From Octopus vulgaris (taxonomy: Eukaryota), in contig OX597836.1 of the NCBI GenBank assembly GCA_951406725.2, forward strand, positions 15,004,001 to 15,068,000: a stretch of DNA of 64,000 nucleotides. The letters run 5' to 3'. Positions 35,714 through 48,678 of the stretch are shown one piece after another (positions within the stretch are counted from its first letter, which is position 1; each line of letters begins with the position of its first letter). A model generated the notes under the pieces. The model had not been told where the DNA came from. It saw nothing but the letters and a program-made list of their open reading frames with translations, and did no database searches. A program made the translations under genes and the position numbers.

Positions 35714-36343
35714 TAATAATAATACCTGGTCTAGGAATTGAAACCACAATCTCACCATCATGAGTGAAACAACCTAGCTACTAGACCATACATCCCATAA
35801 TAGCAATAATCCTTTCTATTTGAGGCATAAGGCCTGAAATTTTGGGAAAGGGTGGAGGGGCAAGTTGATTACATTGACCCCAGTGCTTGACTGGTACTTG
35901 TTTAATTGGCCCCGAAAGGATAAAAGGCAAAGTCAATCTTGGCAGAATTTGAACTCAGAACATAAGGATTGGTGAAATGTTACTAAGCATTTTGCCCAGC
36001 ATACTAATGATTCAGGCAGCTCGGCACCTTAATAATAATAACAATGATAATGATGATAATAATAATAATAATAATAATGATAACAATGATAATAATAATA
36101 ATTTTAATAAAACAATCAAACTTGTGCTTTTTTTTTCTGAGATTTCCTGTCAACTTAAATTCAAAAGTGCTGTTTTCTTTTTTTCTCTTTTTTTTTATAT
36201 TTAAATAAAGAATTAGTGCTTTTAAAAAAAAAATTTTTTTTTTCTTTAATTTTTATTTTGTGTCAGTAAATGTGTATTTCTGAGGATTTCTTCACATACT
36301 GGAAAGTGTCTCTTGATTTTTTTTTTTAATGGTGCTTTAATTA

Positions 36344-36425
36344 TCATCGCTGATCGATCTTGAAGTCGTTAAGGAGAGCAACAAGGTTTGAATTTCCACC
36401 AAATGATTCAATTTCTTTGAAAATT
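36344..36425 (-). CDS. GGPS1: GGPS1 last coding exon (IFKEIESFGGNSNLVALLNDFKIDQR*)
   Basis: tccAG acceptor; GGNxxLVAL motif; tandem TGA TAA stops; AATAAA on minus strand at about 36252-36257. Confidence 0.92.
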
Positions 36426-36648
36426 CTGGAAAATAGAGAAAATGGTGAAACCATACATTGTAGCGATTCCATTCTGCAGATTTTTAAAATCTGGATATGG
36501 CATTCAAACTGGCCATATCCCGCCAAAATATTCTACCCATTTAATCTTCAAACTGGCCAGATCTGGCCTCTGTCATCTACCCTATAATTTCTTTCTAAAA
36601 ATAAACAATCACATCATCAAAATCTCAAAGCTATCAGTTGAGGGATTA

Positions 36649-37147
36649 CCATAAATCCTCGAATATAGTCCACATTTTTTTCCTAAAATTTACAGGTCAA
36701 AATGCCCAGTGCGTACTATATACAAGGTTAAAAATGAAAATTATTTTCTAAGCACGGTCCGAGTCTCTCTTTGCTGTCCGGCAATGTTTATTCAGACGCA
36801 TTTTGTGATGTCGGGTGCAAAAATACTTTAAGCAATGAAGTTATAAAAGAATCATCCATAACTTGCAGTAAGCAACATTTATTAAACGTTATTACTGTTA
36901 TTTCTTTATTTTCTGCAAACAAAATGCACAAAAAAGCTACACATTTGCATTGTGTTATATATACAATAATAATAAAGGACGTTACCGTATACAGTTTTAC
37001 AAACCAAGGACGTTATATAGAGCTCCTTGACTCAAGTTAGAGAAGGGGTGCGTATTATACACAAGGTTTAGGTTTTTCAGAGATACAGCCCCCTAAAAAT
37101 TCCCTGCATATTATACTCAAGGGCGGACTATATTCAAGGATTTACGG
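36649..37147. mobile_element. pogo/Tigger-type non-autonomous DNA transposon
   Basis: TA|CCRTAAATCCTYGAATATAGTCC TIRs with TA TSD. Confidence 0.8.
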
Positions 37148-37326
37148 TACTTCATTTATCTAAGGTCTGGAACATAAATTAACACATTTCGTGGGAAGAT
37201 CTTGATTTAGATTAGTTTAAAACAGAAAGGGGGAGTCTCAGACAAGTTGGTATCAAAAGAGTTACACATAGGTCAGCTAACCCATGGCTAAACAACAACA
37301 CCAAAAACAATAAAAGTATCACTTAC

Positions 37327-37441
37327 TTCTCTTCATAGTCAACTAAAACAGTCTTGACATAATCAAAGGTGCCACGCTGTTCAAGTAGGTCGACACAGTA
37401 TTTCTTGAGATCCAAGTCATCCGTTCTCTGTCGGATGATGT
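37327..37441 (-). CDS. GGPS1: GGPS1 exon (NIIRQRTDDLDLKKYCVDLLEQRGTFDYVKTVLVDYEE)
   Basis: cacAG / GTAAGT; RQRT...KKYCV motif. Confidence 0.95.
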
Positions 37442-37519
37442 CTGTGAGGGGGGCGGGAGTTAAGATCAATGACAGCAGTGAGTGGAAGAGAAAGAAAAAT
37501 AAAAACTATAACAACAACA

Positions 37520-37865
37520 GACTCCACCCGTCTAACACCCGTGGACATATTTACAAAGTCAGAAAACAGCACAGCTCCCATGACTTCAGGAAACATTTTT
37601 TCACGCTGAGAGTTGCTGAAGCATGGAACAGACTGCCGGCATCAGTTGTTAGTTGTCGGAGCACTGCATCCTTCAAAACTTCCATGCTTCCTGAGATTCG
37701 CCAACACTACACCTGATTTCCTCCCCTCCATACACACTCAAGCATGTATCTGACTCATACATTGTTCGCTTTCCAGACATTTGTACATTACTGCATATAC
37801 TTTATAAGCACTTTCTGACAAGTTGTGGTGCACCTGAGCACTGTATACAATAATTTCATTATTAT
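37520..37865 (+). mobile_element. CR1/L2-type LINE 3' end
   Basis: TRGH...RKHFFTLRVAEAWNRLP C-terminus, 3' UTR and (ATT)n tail. Confidence 0.85.
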
Positions 37866-38597
37866 AACAGCAGCTACAACTTTGTATTTCACCCTGAATC
37901 ACCAAGAGACGTTAACAATATTGATTTGGGTGTGAAAGAAAGAGAGTGAGACTGAATGTATACACATACACACATATAGTTCAAATTTACAGAAAGCAAA
38001 AGACAAAGGTGAGGGAACAACAAGCAGATGTATTAGTTTGACACTCAGGCAGAATGGAAAAGTCATTGATGTTTCGAGCCCATGCTCTTCAACAGAAAGG
38101 ATTGAGAGGGAACAGAAAAAAATATAGAATCGAAAAAAATGGAGGGAGAAAAAAATATGTAGGGATTAACAGTATATGTATACACACACTGAAACGCATA
38201 TTTCTTCACACACACACACACATATTGGTTTCAAATATATATGGAGGGGAGAAGTCAATTATATCACTTGACTGAAATACTGTTGTGCATTTTCTCTGGT
38301 GTGCTAACAAGCTTGCTGCCTTAATAAAAACAATAATAATCATTTCTACTATAAGCACAAGGTCTGAAATTTGAGGGGAGGGGACTAGTTAATTGCATCG
38401 ACCCCAGTGTTTCACTGGTACTTAATTTATCAACCCTGAAAGAATGAAAGGCAAAGTCGACCTCGGTAGAATTTGACAGACGAAATGCCGCTAAGCATTT
38501 TTCCTGGTGAGCAAACAATTCTGCCAACTCGCCATCTTTATAAGAATAAAAATGATAATAATAATAATAATAATAAAACATGTGAATAGAAGGATAC

Positions 38598-38700
38598 TTA
38601 AAACTTGATTGTCATCAGGATTGGTTTGTATGGCATGGATGAGAGGGAAAGAGAATTTGCCTTCACTTAAATCTTCACAATAAGTTTTACTTTTTTCATA
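38598..38700 (-). CDS. GGPS1: GGPS1 exon ([34 protein letters not shown])
   Basis: ttcAG / GTATCC; CEDLxEGKFSFP motif. Confidence 0.96.
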
Positions 38701-39625
38701 CTGAAATAAAAAGAGAGAGAGAGAAAACCATTACTGATATCTCCTAGTTAGGTCTGTGGTGGTGGTGAAGGAAATAATGAAGGCACTGTAAGAGAAGAAG
38801 AAAGTTAAGGTACCAGGTGTAGGGTATGTGTGAGAGGCTGGATTGGGCCAGTTTGAACATAAAACCGGCAGGCTATTTTAGCTGGATATTGCTGGTTTAG
38901 ATGCTAAAGGGTTAAATTTTTCAACATTTTCTACATTTAGAGAATAAATCTTTAAATGAAACAAAACACATATATAATATTAAATAAAATATATAACATG
39001 TATTTTATATATATATTTTTTATTTATGCACCCTTTTCAAGCCTAGCCAAGCTCATGGGCCCAGTTTCCCGGTTTAGGTGCCACATGTGTTCTCCCCAGC
39101 TGGACGGGAAGCCAGTCCATCGCAGCATTACTCAAGAAAGAGTGAGAGGAAGTCATGGCGAAAGAGTACAACAGGGGTCACTATGCACCCCCTGCCAGAG
39201 CCTCGTGGAGCTTTAAGGTGTTTTCGCTCAATAAACACACAACGCCCGGTCTAGGAATCGAAACCACGATCCTCCGACCACGAGTCCGCTGCCCTAACCA
39301 CTGGGCCATTGTGCCTTCACATTTATATATTATATATGATATATACTCTTTACCCTTTTACTTGTTTCAGTCATTTGACTGCGGTCATGCTGGAGCACTG
39401 CCTTTAGTCGAGCAAATTGACCCCAGGACTTATTCTTTGTAAGCTTTTTGTAAGCGACTTATTCTATCGGTCGCTTTTTGCCAAAAATAAAATACAGCAG
39501 AAGAAATTAAATTTTAAGAAATAACATAAACGAGCCAGTAAACTAATGAACAGGTTAATATATCAGCATTTTTTTTTGGAGGGGGGGTTAAGAATCTGGT
39601 GAATTCCAAAGACATGGCTACTTAC

Positions 39626-39704
39626 AGACTTATCTTTCATATTGCAGTAATCATCTCTGATCTGGAAATATAAGCCCAATAATTCTAGCAAATTCTTGAA
39701 ATCA
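39626..39704 (-). CDS. GGPS1: GGPS1 exon (DFKNLLELLGLYFQIRDDYCNMKDKS), second aspartate-rich motif
   Basis: ttcAG / GTAAGT; GLxFQIRDDY motif. Confidence 0.97.
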
Positions 39705-40423
39705 CTGAAAGGAAAATAAATAAAAAAAACATATTTAGAAGCTTTTATAGGAACAGGTGTAGTTGTGAGGTTTAAGAATCTTGCATCCCAATCACGTGGT
39801 TTTGGATCCAGTCCCACTGCATGGTACCTTGGACAAGTGTCTTTTATTATAACCCCAGGCCAACCAAAGCCTAGGGAGTGGATTTGGTAGAGGAAAACAG
39901 AGAGAAGTCCATTGTATGTATATATGTGATCGTTACCATCGTTGCCAGTGCCGCTGGATTGGCTCCTGTGCAGGTGGCACGTAAAAAACACCATTTGAGC
40001 ATGGCCGTTGCCAGTACCGCCTGATTGGCCCTCATGCCGGTGGCATGTAAAAGCACCTGCTACACTCTCGGAGTGGTTGGCATTAGGAAGGGCATCCAGC
40101 TGTAGAAACTCTGCCAGATCAAGATTGGAGCCTGGTGCTGCCATCTGGTTCGCCAGTCCTCAGTCAAATCTCCCAACCCATGCCAGCATGGAAAGCAGAC
40201 GTTAAACGATGATGATGATGATTTACTTGTCCCAGTCATTTGACTGTGGCCATGCTGGAGTACTGTCTTGAAGGGTTTTAGTCAAACAAATCAAATCAAA
40301 CCCAGGACTTATTTTTTAAAGCCTAGTACTTATTCTATCAGTCTCTTTTGCTGAACTTCTAAGTTACGGGGATGTAAACACACCAACACTGGTTGTTAAG
40401 CAGCAATGGGGACAAACACACAG

Positions 40424-40456
<33 letters not shown>

Positions 40457-40558
40457 CATAGTTAATCCAAACAAGAAAACACAAAATAGCACAACAACGT
40501 GAGGACGTGGAACAAATATAGTATTATTGGACACTCGGGAAAGAAGGGAAGAAGGAGG

Positions 40559-40593
40559 GTTTAACGTTTCGAGCGGAGCTCTTCGTCAGAAAC
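40559..40593 (-). ncRNA. Minimal type-I hammerhead ribozyme motif with intact core
   Basis: Minus strand reads GUUU-CUGACGA-A-GAGC-UCC-GCUC-GAAA-CG-UU-AAAC: CUGANGA and GAAA cores, stem I GUUU/AAAC, stem II GAGC/GCUC, palindromic loop-less stem III, GUU cleavage triplet. Confidence 0.7.
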
Positions 40594-41589
40594 ATAGGAG
40601 AAGGAAAGATCCAGAGAAGGGAAGACAGAGGAAAAAAAATCACCAATGGTACACACAAGGTCACATGACAGGCTTCTTTCAGTTTCTGTCTATCAAATCC
40701 ACTCACAGGTCTTTGTTTGGCCTTGCTGTGAAAACTGTGACAGCTGTGATTTATATTTTTGCAATCCTAAATTTGTGAGCTCATGGATGCTTGTGTCACA
40801 TTGTGCCACTTGTGCTGGTGCTCCTTAAAAGCACCCAGTACTCTCTGTAAAGGGTTTGGTGTTAGAAAGGGCATCCAGCCATAGAAACCATGCCAAAACA
40901 GACATGAGGACCAGGCAGCTCTTCAGTTTGTCAGCTATTGACAAAACTGTCCAACTCATGCCAGGATGGAAAATGGACATTAAATGATGACAATGATGAT
41001 GAAGTGGAGGCACATGGCCTAGTGGTTAGAGCAGCGGACTCGTGGTCGAGGGATCGCAGGTTCGAATCTCAGACCGGGCGATGTGTGTGTTTATGAGCGA
41101 AACACCTAAGCTCCACGTGGCTCCGGCAGAAGGTAATGGTGAACCTCTGCTGACTCTTTCGCCACAACTTTCTCTCACTCTTTCCTCCTGCATCTTACAG
41201 CTTACTTGCAATGGACCGGTGTCCCATCCAGGTGGGGAACCTATACGCCAAGGAAACCGGTAAACTGGCCCTTATGGGCCAGGCATGGCTCAAGAAGGAA
41301 CAAACATACAATGATGATGAATAATGATGGTGGTGGTGGTGGTAATGATGAAATTTTTTTAGTTTCTTTTTTTAAATTTTAGATCCACAGCAAAAAAAAA
41401 ACATTCAAAAAAGAAATCACTGTTGTCGCAGTTTTCACAGCTGCTTTTCCATGCTGGTGTGGGTTAGACAAAGACTGTTGAGAGGATTCCAACCAACATC
41501 AAACAATCTATGTACCAGAGGTCAGCTGATTGACCCTAGACTAATAACTCCACAATAACAACAAAACGCAACAGGATCCTACTTGCAAT

Positions 41590-42200
41590 TCTACCACCAC
41601 CGGCGCAGCTACTATCCCATATTACCTGCATACCACCACCACTACCACCACCAACACCGCTACCACCACCACCACCACCACTACCACCACCATCACCAAC
41701 AATAACACCACTACTACCACTACCACCAACAACAACATCACCACCTCCAACAACACCACTACTACCACTACCACCACCATTACCACCACCAACAATATCA
41801 CCACCACCACCACCCACCATCACCACCACCACTACCACCACCACCACCACCACCATTACCACCACCAACAACATCACCACCACCAACACCACCCACCACC
41901 ACCATTACCACCACCAACAACAACATCACCAGCACCACCCACCACCACCACTACCACCACCAACAACATCACCAGCACCAACACCACCCACCACCACCAC
42001 TACCACCACCACCACCACCATTACCACCACCAACAACAACATCACCACCACCAACACCACCCACCACCACCACTATCATCACCACCACCACCACCACCCA
42101 CCATCACTACCACCACTATTATCACCTCAAGCTGCTATCACCACTGCTACTCCAAGCTGCTACCACTACTCCAAGCCACCACCACCACCACCATCACCAC
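41590..42200. repeat. (ACC/ACT)n trinucleotide tract
   Basis: seen directly. Confidence 0.95.
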
Positions 42201-42366
42201 TGTAGAGTAGACTTCAAAACAAAATCGATAAAAATCAATCATGTTTTAAGGTGTATCATTCCAGCTTAAATGTCAAGATGACAACAGTGAGATTTGAACA
42301 CACAGACACAAGGGAAACCAATGACATTCCAGCATCTGTGTCAGAGATAAAAAGAGACTGACTCAC

Positions 42367-42427
42367 CTTTGGTTGGAACTGAAGAGCTGCATTAGGCGGA
42401 TCGCCATGCCAAACAAACCTCCAGTCT
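42367..42427 (-). CDS. GGPS1: GGPS1 exon (KTGGLFGMAIRLMQLFSSNQS)
   Basis: tgcAG / GTGAGT; KTGGLF motif. Confidence 0.96.
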
Positions 42428-42489
42428 CTGCAGAAATAAAACACAATAAGTATGAAAGGAATTGGTGTTGAACAGTTGTGGTGGTGAGG

Positions 42490-42960
42490 ATAATGAATGA
42501 TGAGTGGGGAAGGTGAGTGATGAGTGGGGAAGGTGAGTGATGAGTGGAGAAGATGAGTGATGGGTGGGGAAGGTGAGTGTTTGAGTGAGAAATGTGAGTG
42601 ATGAGTGGGTAAGATGAGTGACGAGTGGGGAAGCTGAGAGATGAGTGATAAGTGGGGAAGGTGAGTGTTGAGTGAGGAAGGGAGGTGCTGAGTGAGTTGT
42701 GTGTAAAGATGAGTGATGAATGAGGAAGGCGAGTGATAAGTGGAGAAGGTGAGCAATGAGTGAAGATGGTGAGTGGTAAGAGAAAATGATGAGTTATTAT
42801 GACTGAGGAAGATGAATGAATGATGAATGGGGAAAGTGAGTGTTGAGTGAGGAAGATGAGTGTCAAGTGAGGAGGATGAATGATGAGTGAAGAAGACAAG
42901 AGATGAGTAAAGAAGCTGGTTAGTGAGTGAGGAAAGTGAGTTATGAGTAGTGAAAATAAA
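42490..42960. repeat. About 20-bp minisatellite (GAGTGATGAGTGGGGAAGGT)n
   Basis: seen directly; about 20 diverged units. Confidence 0.9.
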
Positions 42961-43728
42961 TGAATAAGGAAGGTTGGCAGTGACAATGATGAGAAAAAGT
43001 AAGGATAATATAGTATACGAATATGTGTGTGTGATATCACACAATGGTTGTAAACATTGCTGCCACGTAAAAGGTGACATTTGTTTGCAATTTGCTGTGA
43101 AAGTAAGAGTTCAGCTTTGGTGCTGTTTTGTGTACAAAGGACTTGGGGGAAAAATATTACGTTGCTTGGAAACAAATAAGGGATGGTGACAGGAAGAGGA
43201 TCCTGCCGTAGAAAATCTGCCTCAACAAATTTTGCCGAATTTATACAAGCATGGAAGAATGGCCGACCATTAAGCAATAATAATAATGATTTATTTCTTT
43301 ATTGCCCACAGGGATCTAAACATAGAGGGGACAAACAAAGACAGACAAAGGGTTTCAGTCGATTACATCAGCCCCAGTGCATAACTGGTACTTATTTAAT
43401 CGACCCCGAAAGGATGAAAGGCAAAGGTCGACTTCAGCGGAATTTGAACTCAGAACATAGCAGCAGACAAAATACCGCTAAGCATTTCGCCCAGCATGTT
43501 AATGATTCTGCCAGCTCGCCACCCTTATAATAATATTTTTTTCTTTTTTACTTGTTTCAGTCATTGAACTGCTGCCATGCTGGAGCACCACCTTAAACAG
43601 TTAAGTCAAACAAATCAATCTCAGTATTTGCTATCCATTTTTTTTTCAAGCCTGTGACTTGTAATCGGTCTCCTTTTGCAAACAGGGACATAAATAAACA
43701 AACACTGGCTGTCAAATGGTGGGGATAA

Positions 43729-43760
<32 letters not shown>

Positions 43761-43895
43761 ATATGATGGGCTTCTTTCAGTTTCCATTTACCAAATCCAC
43801 TCACAGAGCTTTGGCTGGCCTGAGACTGTGGTAAACAACACTTGTCCAAAATGCCACGCAGCAGTATTGAACCCAGAACTACATGGTTAGAAACC

Positions 43896-44021
43896 TGCTG
43901 CTGCTGCTACTACTACTACTCCTACAATTACTACTTCTACTACTACCACTACCACTACTTCTACTACTACTACCACCACCAGCACTACTACTACTACTAC
44001 TACTAGGACCACCACCACCAT

Positions 44022-44066
<45 letters not shown>

Positions 44067-44141
44067 CACCACTACCACTACTACTGCTGCCGCTGCTGCT
44101 GCTGCTGCTACTACTACTACTACTACTACTACTCCTACAAT

Positions 44142-44187
<46 letters not shown>
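43896..44187. repeat. (CTA/CCA/CTG)n tract
   Basis: seen directly. Confidence 0.95.
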
Positions 44188-44188
<1 letters not shown>

Positions 44189-44328
44189 TCCTTCTTCTTC
44201 TCCTCCTCCAACCACTTCTCCATGTTTGAAAAGGTCAGACAAAAACTGTTGAGGCAGATTTTCTGGTTTTCTGAAAAGTAAATAAGAAAAAGCGCAACAA
44301 GAAAAAAAAACAAGAAAATGTCTCTTAC

Positions 44329-44430
44329 TGCGAATGACCATAGCTTTGTATTCTTCCTCGGTTGGACAGTGGACAGCATCACGCCAATAAATATCCATTC
44401 CCTGGCCACGATGTAACTCCAGCATTTGTT
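44329..44430 (-). CDS. GGPS1: GGPS1 exon ([34 protein letters not shown])
   Basis: ctcAG / GTAAGA; LHxGQGxDIYWRD motif. Confidence 0.97.
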
Positions 44431-44677
44431 CTGAGAAACGGAATAAAATCTATACTTGAATATTTCTTTCACATGTGTGCATTGTGTATGTGTGTACTTG
44501 TAAGCATGTGTGTATATCTGTGTGTGTGTGTGTGTGTGTGTGTATGTATGCGTCTGTGCTTGGTACATATTTCATATAAGTGTTTGTGCACATATATGTG
44601 TAATATATATCTTTAACAAATATATAGCTCCAATTTTCAATAGTATTTATTTCAGTAATGTTTGCTGTTGAAATATG

Positions 44678-44711
<34 letters not shown>

Positions 44712-44819
44712 ATCACGTGACCGACCAGACCATCAGATGTTGTTACACATCACTGGTCACAATGCATTCGCATTGTTTTAGCCTTCGAATGACGCCACCC
44801 TGCTGGCTAAGCGAGCAGG

Positions 44820-44854
<35 letters not shown>

Positions 44855-46539
44855 GGCCGACCAATGCCTCGTGAGTGGATTTGGTAGACGGAAACTGAAA
44901 GAAACCCGTCGTATATATGTATGTATATATATGTGTGTGTGTATGTTTGTGTGTCTGTGTTTGTCCCCCTAGCATTGCTTGACAACCGATGCTGGTGTGT
45001 TTACGTCCCCGTCACTTAGCGGTTCGGCAAAAGAGACCGATAGAATAAGTACTGGACTTACAAAGAATAAGTCCTGGGGTCGATTTGCTCGACTAAAGGC
45101 GGTGCATTAGCATGGCCGCAGTCAAATGACTGAAACAAGTAAAAGAGTAAAGAGTAAGAGTATATATATATGTATATAACATACGTACATACATACATAA
45201 AGACAGACAGCTGCATAGATAGATACACATACATATCACTGCATAGTGCACACATATTTTTTTACACGTTTCAGTCAGTTGACTGTGGCCATGCTGGAGC
45301 ACTGCCTTAAAGGGTTTAAGATGAAGAAATCGAACACAGGACTTATTCTTTGTAAGCCTAGTACTTATTCTATCAGTCGCTTTTGCCAAACTGGTAAGTT
45401 ACAGGGACATAAGCACACCAGCATCGGTTGTCAAGTGATGGTGGGGGGACAAACAGATGCAAAAACATAAAAAGCACCAACTGATCGTGGCCGTTGCCAG
45501 CCTCCTCTGGCCCCTGTACCGGTGGCACGTAAAAAGCACCTACTACACTCACAGAGTAGTTGGCATTAGGAAGGGCATCCAGCCGTAGAAACACTGCCAG
45601 ATCAGACTGGAACCTGGTGCAGCCTCCTGGCTTCCCAGATCCCGGTCGAACCATCCAACCCATGCTAGTATGGAAAATGGACATTAAACGATGATGATGA
45701 TGTATATATATATATATATATATGACAGGCTTCTTTCAGTTTCTGTCTATCAAATCCACTCACATGGCTTTGGTTGGCCTGAGGCTATGCCATGCAGTGG
45801 AACTGAACCTGGAACCATGTGGCTGGGAAGCAACCTTCTTAACACACACACACAAACACACATCCCACACACACACATAATGTTATAATAAAAACTACCC
45901 AATTCTTGTTAAATACAGCTACCTAGGGTTTCCTGGTCAAAATAAAAATTCACTTCACCATTTATCAGGCAGAGAACAAGACTGTCTCTCAACTGTCTTT
46001 TGAGCAGGTAACAATTAAACAACAGATGCTGGTAAAGAAGAAAACAAGAAAAACTCAAGGGAGATAACCAACGTTACAATAATTCAATCTTAAGCAAACA
46101 TGAACAAGATGCTAATGGTGTTTAAGAGTCCAGAGGCCTACTTTTAAATTCCAACAAGATGTATTTCTTCAAATGCAAATATACTGACATTCATCGAAAG
46201 TTGTCAAGCTTTTTAAGAGATATAGTTTTTCATCCGATCGTGGCCATTGCCAGCCTCACCCACCATCCCATCATAGCCGTTGCCAGCCACGCCTGGCCTC
46301 TGTGCCGGTGGCACGTAAAAATCACCATCTGATCGTGGCCGTTTGCCAGCCTCATCTGGCACCTGTGCCAGTGGCACGTAAAAAGCACCCACTACACTCA
46401 TTGAGTGGTTGGCGTCAGGAAGGGCATCCAGCCGTAGAAACACTGCCAGATCAGACTGGAGCCTGGTGCAGCCTTCTGGCTTTCCAGACCCCAGTTGAAC
46501 CGTCCAACCCATGCCAGCATGGAAAGTGGACGCTAAACG

Positions 46540-46590
<51 letters not shown>

Positions 46591-47004
46591 TTGATGATGA
46601 TGAAAATATACGGAACATTTTTTGGGCCTGTTAATATAGGATCTGGTTTTGAAGAGGATTTTTCCATTTGATACCGAAACTGGTCTAATCATCTTTAAGT
46701 TTGTAAATTAATGCTGAAAGTGTCATGGAACATCTCTTATCACAGCACCAAACATTCAAAAGATGGTTGTTTAAATGTGATCTGCTCAAGAGACAACAGA
46801 TAAACAACTTTGGTGAAATAAATTTTTATTTCAACCAGGAAACCCTGAGTAGTTGCATTTAACAAGATTTGTGTGTGTGAGTGTTTTTTTCAAGACATAA
46901 GCCACGTCTTTCTATTTGAACATTTTGAAAATCAGTGTAAACTGTGAAACCAATTAAAGCTTCAAATATTTTAATAAAAAATATTTTAACTATTCTCAAT
47001 GCAT

Positions 47005-47072
<68 letters not shown>

Positions 47073-47435
47073 CATCGTTTAACGTCCGCCTCCCATGCTA
47101 GCATGGGTTGGACGATTTGACTGAGGTCTGGCGAACCAGATGGCTGTACCAGGCTCCAATCTGATCTAGCAAAGTTTCTACAGCTGGATGCCCTTCCTAA
47201 CGCCAACCATTCCGAGAGTGTAGTGGGTGCCTTTACGTGCCACCGGCACGAGTGCCAGTCAGGCAGTAACGGCTACGCTCAAATGGTGTTTTTTACGTGC
47301 CACCTGCACAGGAGCCAGTCCAGTGGCACTGGCAATGACCTTGCTCGAATGCTTTTTTCACATGCCTGGCATGTGGAAAATGTACTCTTTTATTTGTTTC
47401 AGTCATTGACTGTGGCCATGCTGGAGCACTGCCTT

Positions 47436-47529
<94 letters not shown>

Positions 47530-47904
47530 AAAAAGGGTGGAATATAATTAATTTAATAAAATTAACAAATTTCACCTAGTAGATTTATCGGTATGGAAAA
47601 GACCATATTTGGTAAGGATTATAATAATTATAATAAAGGATTATAATAATTATAATAATTTACTAGGTGAAATTTTTTATCAAATATAACCCTTTATATA
47701 TATATATATATATAAACACACATACACACACACTCACACACATACACACACATATGACAGACTAGGAGACAGACAGACAGATAGATAGATGGATGGATGG
47801 ACATATTCTAAAATGAAGAATAGGATTTATGGTATTACACAAACAGGCACATAACACAAACATGTTACACAAACAGAGATGCTGGTATAATCTAACACAC
47901 TTAC

Positions 47905-48021
47905 CTGTGAAAACTGTTATTGCATCAGGATGTCCGAGATCTAAAACTTTCTTCAGTCCCAAGAAATATACATAATTCGCCGAATTGAGTGTGATTGGAA
48001 CACCAAACATACTGTGAGCGA
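47905..48021 (-). CDS. GGPS1: GGPS1 exon (VAHSMFGVPITLNSANYVYFLGLKKVLDLGHPDAITVFT)
   Basis: tacAG / GTAAGT; NSANYVYFLGL motif. Confidence 0.96.
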
Positions 48022-48293
48022 CTGTAAGGAAGACAGAGAATGAGTGAGAGAGAGATGAGTGCAGAATGTGAATGAGGGAAGAGTATAAGATGTGAATGAG
48101 GGAACAGGAGAGTGTGAGTGAGGGATACTAATGTGGAGTGTGAGTAAGAAAATAAAGTAGAGTGTGGGTGAAAAGAAGAGTATAAAGTGTGAGTGGCTTG
48201 TGTGCACAGAATGGATAGAGTGTGAGGTGACAGAATATTAGAGAAATAGAATTTCAATTCATGAAAAGAAAATCGGACATTATTAAACAATGA

Positions 48294-48644
48294 TTATTAC
48301 CTCTGCCTTAGCAAAGGTGGAGGTATTGTTTTCAGTCATGTTTGTCTGAGATATCTCAAGAACCACAGGATGGATTTGGATGAAACTTTCAGGGATGATT
48401 GGCCTTGTAACTGGCAAGAACTGATTAGATTTTGGGATCAATCCGGTACCGGACAAGGATTCTTGATTATTTTTCCAGTTTTTTTTACTTAATTTTTGAG
48501 AGTGGTTGGGTTCATTTTTAGTATTCCCGTTTGTGAGAGCAGTCGAGTTTATTTCAGATATTCTCATTTTAAAAATCATCTCCGGCTAATCGTTGAGAGG
48601 ACGTTGGTGTTGCTTTGGCAGAGGTTTGTGCTCTCTGAGTTCTC

Positions 48645-48648
<4 letters not shown>
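48294..48648. mobile_element. Possible Helentron-associated (HINE-like) non-autonomous element
   Basis: subterminal inverted motifs ACCTCTGCC / GGCAGAGGT, 5' hairpin, T-rich ends; class inferred from architecture only. Confidence 0.45.
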
Positions 48649-48678
<30 letters not shown>

